NCBI GenBank assembly: GCA_964011795.1
Contig: CAXGQC010000001.1
Span: 1-51,810 of the forward strand
DNA from: an uncultured bacterium
GTDB lineage: Bacteria; Chloroflexota; Dehalococcoidia; UBA2979
Length of the DNA: 51,810 nt
Direction of reading: 5' to 3'
Shown here: positions 45,828-51,810 of the stretch, one piece after another
How positions within the stretch are numbered: the stretch's first letter is position 1
Layout of the letters: every line of letters starts with the position of its first letter
The notes under the pieces: generated by a model
Told to the model about the DNA's origin: nothing
Database searches by the model: none
The model's input: only the letters and a program-made list of their open reading frames with translations
Made by a program: the position numbers and the translations under genes

Positions 45828-46562
45828 TCAATAGACTCGTCGAACATCACTAACGTTGCGAAGTGCATCTGCCAGTTCGGATAGAACCCAGTCACTTGCC
45901 CCGGAATCACCACCCCAATCCCAGGCCCGCTGTAGGCGTGGCATTACCTCGGTCTCTAGTGAATGCGACAGCCGACCAACTGCATCAAGGCTCATTCGAC
46001 TCATACCAAGAGTCATTCCGAACTTTGTACGGCGGTAGTCCTCAGCGTAAAGTTGTAATTTTTGACCACCCAGGAGCGCATCTATTTCTTCGATTGCAGT
46101 CAGTTCGATTTTGCTGAATGTAGTGGGCTCACGTTGGGGAGGTCTCCGCTTTTCCTCGTCCGATATCTTTCCACTAATTTCACGTCTAAACCATGAGACT
46201 CGCTCGTCAATAGGACGGTTGTTCAGCTGACTCTGCACTTCTTCAATAGATGCTGACATACCTTTCGCCAGGAGTTTTCGAGAATTTTCCAGATATTCAC
46301 TGACGTACTCTCTTAACTCATCATCGGTCATTTCGGAAAGTTGTTTGGATTTGGGCAACTCATTATCCTCTGTTTCGATATGCACACGTTTGAGCCTACT
46401 GAAATGCTGAGAATCATTCAATCTGAATCCTCCTCCAAGACCCGCAAATTTACGTGTGGTCCATCCACCACCGCTTATAACAGCAAGTTTCACCCTAGAT
46501 ACGTACTCGCACTTAATGCGCGGCCAACACAGCAAAGCTGCTGATTCGGTGGAGGATTTCAT
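45828..46562 (-). CDS. 244-aa protein, unknown function
   Basis: Long ORF with AGGAG 4 nt upstream of the ATG. No motif recognised. Charged central region. Confidence 0.5.
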   Translation of the reverse strand: MKSSTESAALLCWPRIKCEYVSRVKLAVISGGGWTTRKFAGLGGGFRLNDSQHFSRLKRVHIETEDNELPKSKQLSEMTDDELREYVSEYLENSRKLLAKGMSASIEEVQSQLNNRPIDERVSWFRREISGKISDEEKRRPPQREPTTFSKIELTAIEEIDALLGGQKLQLYAEDYRRTKFGMTLGMSRMSLDAVGRLSHSLETEVMPRLQRAWDWGGDSGASDWVLSELADALRNVSDVRRVY

Positions 46563-46589
46563 CTCCTGAATACGGAAAGTTATTTTGAA

Positions 46590-46618
46590 ATTGGTAGCAG
46601 ATTGGTAGCAAATACCAA
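46590..46618. repeat. tandem ATTGGTAGCA x2 (11-bp register) overlapping palindrome TTGGTA-N5-TACCAA
   Basis: Read directly from the sequence, 28-56 nt upstream of the 45828..46562 start. Confidence 0.6.
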
Positions 46619-46648
46619 AAATAGGAAAACCCCCGTGACTGGGGGTTT
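46617..46648 (-). terminator. rho-independent terminator after tRNA-Lys
   Basis: The minus-strand RNA reads AAACCCCC-AGUCAC-GGGGGUUU followed by UCCUAUUUUU. Confidence 0.55.
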
Positions 46649-46685
46649 CTCTTTTCCCTTGCTACATAAGGGATTTAGGGTCCAT

Positions 46686-46760
46686 TGGTGGGCCCGGTGG
46701 GGATCGAACCCACGACCAATGGGTTAAAAGCCCACTGCTCTACCACTGAGCTACAGGCCC
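46686..46760 (-). tRNA. tRNA-Lys: tRNA-Lys (anticodon UUU), CCA encoded
   Basis: Hand-folded cloverleaf: GGGCCTG/TA/GCTC-AGTGGTA-GAGC/A/GTGGG-CTTTTAA-CCCAT/TGGTC/GTGGG-TTCGATC-CCCAC/CGGGCCC/A/CCA. 75 nt. Confidence 0.95.
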
Positions 46761-46867
46761 AAAGAAATGATACATAAGAATTACCCTACAGGTGAGCACC
46801 TGTCGCACTTGGAGGAAAATCAAGATATCCTTCTCTTCCGCTTCACGGATAGGTTGGGGATAAAATT

Positions 46868-47437
46868 ATGTTGACTCAGACTCACAAAATGGTGCTCCGG
46901 ACTTTAGCCAGTGTGATTGAAGAAGCCACTCAAGAACCAACTGACTGGGCATTAATAGGCTCTAGTTCTCTCCAACTGCAAGGCATCAACATCGAGTCAA
47001 ACACCATTGAATTCATGACAACCAAGAACATAGCTTCGATCATCGGCGACATGCTCGGCGCTGAGATCAAAGAATCACAAAATTCACCGATAAAAGGATC
47101 ACGTCTTCATCTTGAACGGGAAGGCATTTCTATTTATATATTCGGCGACCCTCAATTCGAAGGTGAAGACGAAAATTTTCAACCTGTGAAGATTCCCTCA
47201 CTTTGGACTGGTCTCAATAACGGGTCACTGGACGGCCACCAGATTCCCTGTTCACCTCCCGAATGGGAACTGATATTGGCGATTGCCTTGAACGCTACTA
47301 ATCGAATAAATGAGATTCAGCAATATTTATCAGAATTTGGTTATGACAGTCGGCTCGTCGTCAGGCTCCTCAGAGAAGGTCATGCCTCAGTGGCTACTGA
47401 AAACATAATCTGGGCTCTTCTCGAGGAGCAAGTCTAA
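46868..47437 (+). CDS. 189-aa protein, unknown function (possible degenerate nucleotidyltransferase-fold)
   Basis: The N-terminal pattern WALIGSSSLQLQGINIESNTIEFM resembles G[SG]-x9-13-[DE]x[DE] of minimal NTases, but with the acidic residues partly replaced. Confidence 0.5.
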   Translation: MLTQTHKMVLRTLASVIEEATQEPTDWALIGSSSLQLQGINIESNTIEFMTTKNIASIIGDMLGAEIKESQNSPIKGSRLHLEREGISIYIFGDPQFEGEDENFQPVKIPSLWTGLNNGSLDGHQIPCSPPEWELILAIALNATNRINEIQQYLSEFGYDSRLVVRLLREGHASVATENIIWALLEEQV

Positions 47438-47461
47438 ATAGCAGTCGTATCTGACAACCCG

Positions 47462-48226
47462 CTAGTCAGCATGACCGGAAATAAAGTTGAGAACCCTACT
47501 CCAGGCGTCGGCTGACTGGTCAGCAAACTCCTCATAATGTCTGTCGAAAAAAGAGTGAGGAGCACCATCATATATAACAATCTCAGACTCTACACCTTGC
47601 TGTTTAAGCTCTTGTTCGAATTCAGAAACTATTTCCTTAGGAATGCCTTGATCTGCTCCGCCCATCAGGCCAAGAATGGGACAAGATATATCAGTGACCC
47701 GTTGCTGCACGCCAGGAGCATTTTGTGGGAACTCCGGCCGGTTGGGATGACCATAAAATCCTACTGCGCCTGCTAAATCAAGCCCGTTAGCTGCCTGATG
47801 CCAAGAGTTGGAGCCACCAAAACAAAATCCGAGTGTGAATACCGGTCGATCTGGATTCGACTTTCGAAGATAGGCCACCGCTGCAGCCACATCTGACCGT
47901 ACTCCATTGAACGTTGACTGAGCCACGTGCTCCTGCCACTCAAAATCTGCATCTCGTTTTTCGAGTCCGGCAGTGCGCCCAAAGTAATCTATTGCGAGAG
48001 CATCGATATTCTGATCCGCGAAACGAAGAGCAAGCTCTTCATAGAATCTGAAAAGACCTCTAACATCAGGGAGCACCACCACCGAGGCCTCACGAGAACC
48101 ATCCCCTTCGGCTAGGAAAGCTGAGAACACATTTCCGTCCTCGGCTTCTAAGGTCAGGTCGGTGTGCTCCACACTACCTCCTGCTAGCCGCGCAATAGGT
48201 GGCTCCGCATCATATGGAAAACACAT
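47462..48226 (-). CDS. dienelactone hydrolase family protein
   Basis: Nucleophile elbow GFCFGG, an alpha/beta-hydrolase layout and a C-terminal His (GAPHSF). Confidence 0.85.
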   Translation of the reverse strand: MCFPYDAEPPIARLAGGSVEHTDLTLEAEDGNVFSAFLAEGDGSREASVVVLPDVRGLFRFYEELALRFADQNIDALAIDYFGRTAGLEKRDADFEWQEHVAQSTFNGVRSDVAAAVAYLRKSNPDRPVFTLGFCFGGSNSWHQAANGLDLAGAVGFYGHPNRPEFPQNAPGVQQRVTDISCPILGLMGGADQGIPKEIVSEFEQELKQQGVESEIVIYDGAPHSFFDRHYEEFADQSADAWSRVLNFISGHAD

Positions 48227-48331
48227 TGAAAACTCCTTAACACTTTGTCTCTTAGCAATAGTTGCCTACTAGTCTAAGTGACTATTTAAAATGTATACCG
48301 CACCAGACAACTGAAAAGTTTTCCGCGGGTG

Positions 48332-48358
48332 CTAGCACTCTCCGCGGGAGAGTGCTAA
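48332..48358 (+). promoter_or_regulatory. CIRCE operator (HrcA site): CTAGCACTC-N9-GAGTGCTAA
   Basis: Matches the consensus TTAGCACTC-N9-GAGTGCTAA at 17 of 18 positions. Located upstream of groES. Confidence 0.85.
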
Positions 48359-48565
48359 CATTTGTTCTGTTTGCGGTGGGTTGCATAACGAGTACTTTCG
48401 CTTTTAGCCAGAGTCTCGGTGTTTCAATTAACCAATTACAGTAGTTGTTTGTCCACCTAACCGATGGGCCATCAACTGTCTGGGTTCATTGCTTGCTTCG
48501 GCATCATTGGGCCTTTAAGAAATTAGGCAAAGTAATTTTAGGTAAGTGAACAAGGAGTGATCGAT

Positions 48566-48865
48566 ATGGCGACAAGTGTAGTTCCAGTGACAGACCACAT
48601 TATTCTGAAGGCTGTAGAAGCCGAAGAAATAACGAGCAGTGGATTAATCATCCCTGACTCGGCAAAAGAGGCACCGCAGCACGGACACGTGGTTGCGGTT
48701 GGACCTGGTAAGCCTCTTGAAAGTGGTGAAGTTCAGACATTCGATGACCTGAAGGCAGGCGATCGTGTCCTATACCAAAAGTATACGGGTCAAGAAGTAG
48801 CTGTCGATTCCGAAGAGTACATAATCATTAGATTCCAAGACGTACTCGCGAAGCTCGAAGACTAG
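48566..48865 (+). CDS. groES: co-chaperonin GroES
   Basis: AAGGAG SD upstream. Contains PVTDHIILKAVEAEEITSSGLIIPDSAKE. 99 aa. Confidence 0.95.
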   Translation: MATSVVPVTDHIILKAVEAEEITSSGLIIPDSAKEAPQHGHVVAVGPGKPLESGEVQTFDDLKAGDRVLYQKYTGQEVAVDSEEYIIIRFQDVLAKLED

Positions 48866-48925
48866 TCTTCTGGCTATCGGACCTGTTAACCAATAAAGCT
48901 TACTTAGATATTTGAGGAGCAAGAT

Positions 48926-50593
48926 ATGACTGCTAAGCGACTTCGCTTCGATGAAGCAGCCCGACGTGAACTCCGGCATGGTGTGGACGTATTAGCCAAC
49001 TCTGTGCGAGCCACTCTGGGGCCAAAAGGCCGCAACGTCGTGCTAGATAAAAACTATGGACCTGCGGTAATCACAAAGGATGGTGTGACTGTCGCACGAG
49101 AAATTGAGCTCACCGATAGATTCCACAACATGGGAGCTCAGCTGGTCAAGACCGTCGCTGTGCGAACCAACGATATAGCGGGTGATGGAACGACTACTGC
49201 AACTGTATTCGCTCAAGCTATGTTCCAAGAGGGAATGCGAAATATTGCTGCCGGGGCAAATCCCATGTACCTGCGAAAAGGTATGGAAGCTGCCACGCGC
49301 GCTGCAATTGGACATCTTGTCGGACAATCGGTGCCAGTCGAAGAAAAAGAAATGATTCAGGCCGTTGCCTCGATTTCTGCCAATGAAAAGCGCATTGGTG
49401 ACCTAATCGGTGACGTCATGGAACAGGTCGGCAAAGACGGCGTCATCACGATTGAAGATGGTAGAGGCCTCGATGACGAAATTGAAATAGTCGATGGTCT
49501 GCAGATTGACCGTGGTTATATCTCACCGTATTTCGTAACGAATAATGACCGTATGGAGACTCAGCTTGATGATCCTTACATCCTCATAACCGATCACAAA
49601 ATCGACAACCTACAGGAATTCCTGCCTCTACTAGAAAAAGTTTTGGCAGTCTCAAAGAACTTCTTTGTGATCTGTGAAGATCTCGAAGGTGAGGCGTTAC
49701 AAACTCTGGTCGTGAACAAGATGAAGGGTGCAGTTAATCCCTTGATTATCAAGGCTCCTTCTTTCGGTGACAGACGAAAGGCAATGCTTGAGGATTTAGC
49801 GATCCTCACCGGTGCCACCTATATCACTAATGATATGGGTCGAAAACTCAGCGATGCACAACTTGCCGATCTCGGACACGCTCATAGAGTCGTGGCCGAC
49901 TCGAGCATGACCACGATTATTGAGGGCGCTGGCTCTGATGAAGCGATCCAACAACGTATTAGACAGATTAGAGCTCAAATCCAAGACGCCAATTCTGACT
50001 TCGATCGGGAGAAGATGCAGGAGCGACTCGCTAAACTCGTTGGCGGAGTGGCTGTGATCAAAGCCGGTGGGGCAACTGAAGTCGAAGTACGGGAGAAAAA
50101 ATTCCGTCTCGAAGATGCGCTGTCTGCGACGCGAGCTGCTGTTGAGGAAGGTGTCGTAGCTGGTGGTGGTGTTGCTTTCATTAGGGCGCAAGAGTCTATT
50201 GACCCAGTAATCGAATCCTTAACTGGCGACGAACGAACTGGTGCGCAACTAATCCGAAAATCGCTTGAAGCCCCACTTCGACAGATCGTTGATAATGCCG
50301 GTCAGGAACCTAGTGTTGTTGTTGAAATGGTTCGTGAAGCAGAAACTGCGACGACCGGATACAACGCTGCTACAGACGAGATGGGTGATATGTTCGATCT
50401 CGGCATCCTCGACCCTGTAAAAGTGTCGAGAGTCGCTCTCGAAAATGCCAACTCAATAGCCAGTCTCATGCTAACAACCGAAGTTGCTGTGGGTGAGATC
50501 CCAGAGCCGATCGTGCCACAGCCTGATCCTACAGGCGGCATGGGCGGTATGGACATGGGTGGTATGGGTGGTATGGGTGGTATGGGCTTCTAA
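48926..50593 (+). CDS. groEL: chaperonin GroEL
   Basis: Contains AGDGTTTATV and a GGM-repeat C-terminus. 555 aa. Confidence 0.97.
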   Translation: MTAKRLRFDEAARRELRHGVDVLANSVRATLGPKGRNVVLDKNYGPAVITKDGVTVAREIELTDRFHNMGAQLVKTVAVRTNDIAGDGTTTATVFAQAMFQEGMRNIAAGANPMYLRKGMEAATRAAIGHLVGQSVPVEEKEMIQAVASISANEKRIGDLIGDVMEQVGKDGVITIEDGRGLDDEIEIVDGLQIDRGYISPYFVTNNDRMETQLDDPYILITDHKIDNLQEFLPLLEKVLAVSKNFFVICEDLEGEALQTLVVNKMKGAVNPLIIKAPSFGDRRKAMLEDLAILTGATYITNDMGRKLSDAQLADLGHAHRVVADSSMTTIIEGAGSDEAIQQRIRQIRAQIQDANSDFDREKMQERLAKLVGGVAVIKAGGATEVEVREKKFRLEDALSATRAAVEEGVVAGGGVAFIRAQESIDPVIESLTGDERTGAQLIRKSLEAPLRQIVDNAGQEPSVVVEMVREAETATTGYNAATDEMGDMFDLGILDPVKVSRVALENANSIASLMLTTEVAVGEIPEPIVPQPDPTGGMGGMDMGGMGGMGGMGF

Positions 50594-50622
50594 CCACAAG
50601 ACCTAAATATTTTGCCAATTAG

Positions 50623-50647
50623 GAGACCCCGGTTATACCGGGGTCTC
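50623..50647 (+). terminator. hairpin terminator after groEL (GAGACCCCGG-TTATA-CCGGGGTCTC)
   Basis: Perfect 10-bp GC-rich stem between convergent genes, followed by a modest T-rich tail. Confidence 0.6.
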
Positions 50648-50652
50648 TCTAT

Positions 50653-51177
50653 TTACCTAGCTCTCTGGCTCCGGTGGATTTCCTGGCCTGTCAGCGGCCT
50701 AACCCCAGATGGCACAAAAGCAATATTTGTAGAAACCACCTTGTCCCAGAGCGTCTGTCGATCTCGATCCCACAAGAGCCACGCTCCAGCAATTATTGGG
50801 ACTATACCGAACGAAATGGTGGACAAAACTCCCCAAAATAATAAGGATTTGATGATCCATTCCCTCAAGAATGTATACCAGCCTCCTGCTCGTGTGTCAT
50901 CTTCTCGCATCACGTAGAGCTGCAGGAAAGATTTCCCAGGTGTCTGACCATTCCGCAAACACCATATGCGCCAAAAGATAATTGACGCAAAAAATATCAC
51001 TGCAAGTAACCCAAATGAGGTTGTTACGGCACCACTACCGCTCACGGCTCCAATTAGAAAAATAAGTATAGGCCCCGCCCACAACGCAATCTCAACTACT
51101 ACATCAATACAATATGCAGCTAATCGACGTAATGGAGTTGCCAGTTCGAACTCAAGTATTTCCATCTCATCACGCAT
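50653..51177 (-). CDS. RDD-family membrane protein
   Basis: Contains RRLAAYCIDVVV, TM segments and a C-terminal ...WDRDRQTLWDKVVST motif. Confidence 0.75.
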   Translation of the reverse strand: MRDEMEILEFELATPLRRLAAYCIDVVVEIALWAGPILIFLIGAVSGSGAVTTSFGLLAVIFFASIIFWRIWCLRNGQTPGKSFLQLYVMREDDTRAGGWYTFLREWIIKSLLFWGVLSTISFGIVPIIAGAWLLWDRDRQTLWDKVVSTNIAFVPSGVRPLTGQEIHRSQRAR

Positions 51178-51207
51178 AGTTCACATACCTCTAATACAGC
51201 AACTGGT

Positions 51208-51810
51208 CTATTCAACGTTAGAGTCTAACCGAGCCCCATTGCTCTCCGGCCATAGATGGAACACGACCTGCAGAGGTGTCAGCGTCGCGAGCAATATCGT
51301 CGACGCCAGAATTAGTCTAAATGGTCCAGGATCGAACTCGTCGGATAATGCGATTACACCAAATGTGAAGCCAAGAAGGCTTGCGAGAAGGTAGATGCCA
51401 AGTACAAATATTTGTTGATTTTCGCGAGTCTCTCTAAGAATACTGTAGATAATTCCAGCGAGAATGAAATAAGCGATCAGAGCAACGATGAATGCTACAC
51501 CCACCTGACCAAAGCCGTCAGTGAGAGTGTCTTCATAATTGATATCTCCTTGTAACCAGAGCGCCTCGAGTGATTCAATTGCAGCTACTGCTGCTATTAC
51601 ATACATAAACCAACGGAGTAGCCTCCATTTATTGGGAAGTCTGCCGACTCCAATAACGGAACAATATGCACCCGCAAGACCGAGAGCTAGAAAACTATAG
51701 GTAAGCCGCAGTGTCGTCTGGCTTGCTTCATCAAATCCCACCCAGATAAATACCGTGAGTAATGCAATCCCAGGAAGTGTGATTGCCGCACAAAGTGGGG
51801 GAAGATAGTG
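51208..51810 (-). CDS. polytopic membrane protein, unknown function, 5'-truncated by window edge
   Basis: The frame stays open upstream of the GTG at 51741 all the way to nt 51810 (...HYLPPLCAAITLPGIALLTVFIWVGFDE...), so the gene probably starts outside the window. Confidence 0.55.
   Translation of the reverse strand, partial: HYLPPLCAAITLPGIALLTVFIWVGFDEASQTTLRLTYSFLALGLAGAYCSVIGVGRLPNKWRLLRWFMYVIAAVAAIESLEALWLQGDINYEDTLTDGFGQVGVAFIVALIAYFILAGIIYSILRETRENQQIFVLGIYLLASLLGFTFGVIALSDEFDPGPFRLILASTILLATLTPLQVVFHLWPESNGARLDSNVE

Noticed and set aside
45719-45913. 64-aa minus-strand ORF overlapping the 3' end of the 244-aa orphan gene
   Set aside because: It overlaps a longer ORF in another frame, with no SD and no motif.
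45633-46867. Integrated mobile element at tRNA-Lys
   Set aside because: There is no integrase, recombinase or phage-like gene, and I could not find a second copy of the tRNA 3' segment (GGTTCGATCCCCACCGGGCCCACCA) nearby. I kept only a low-key 'possible relic' comment in the findings.
48262-48444. 60-aa plus-strand ORF upstream of groES
   Set aside because: It contains the CIRCE operator within its frame, so it is almost certainly non-coding leader.
50536-50593. Tandem nucleotide repeat ggtatgggt... at the groEL 3' end
   Set aside because: It encodes the normal GGM-repeat C-terminal tail of GroEL and is not an independent repeat element.
1-51810. CRISPR arrays, rRNA genes, IS elements and other riboswitches
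   Set aside because: Scanning the intergenic regions by eye found no regularly spaced direct repeats, no transposase-like ORFs and no conserved riboswitch cores. A covariance-model scan would be needed to exclude small ncRNAs.

Overview
This is a gene-dense 51.8-kb bacterial chromosomal segment of moderate GC with about 55 supportable genes. I found no rRNA, CRISPR array, transposase, integrase or recognisable transcription-factor gene.

Coding content is dominated by paralogue-rich CoA-thioester and redox catabolism:
- six family III (CaiB/BaiF) CoA-transferase domains in five genes, one of them a two-domain fusion
- four crotonase-fold genes
- a single-chain biotin-dependent acyl-CoA carboxylase (BC-BCCP-CT)
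- EtfBA, an SDR, a Zn-ADH, an aldo/keto reductase and an NMO-like FMN enzyme
- an NtaA/DszA-type luciferase-like monooxygenase
- two PPOX-like split-barrel proteins and two NTF2-like proteins
- a cytoplasmic arylsulfatase and a TauE/SafE exporter

Housekeeping anchors are class II ribonucleotide reductase (nrdJ), groES-groEL behind a CIRCE operator, tRNA-Lys(UUU), pepP and yaaA.

An auracyanin-like cupredoxin lipoprotein plus this gene inventory suggests a marine Chloroflexota (SAR202-like) origin. That is inference only.

Most worth a second look:
1. A repeated, unnamed module with three intact copies and one remnant. It encodes a membrane-anchored protein whose TM anchor is far better conserved than its soluble domain. 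Two copies are paired with a ~100-aa protein carrying an H-x4-H-x-H-x2-C motif.
2. Rosetta-stone evidence that the adjacent CoA-transferase gene pairs form alpha/beta heteromers, with one partner apparently lacking the catalytic Asp.
3. A CoA-transferase/SDR/NMO/ETF/carboxylase/hydratase supercluster with no acyl-CoA dehydrogenase or thiolase.
4. Several unannotated mini-ORFs encoding single-TM peptides.

All family calls come from reading motifs by eye. No database search was run.
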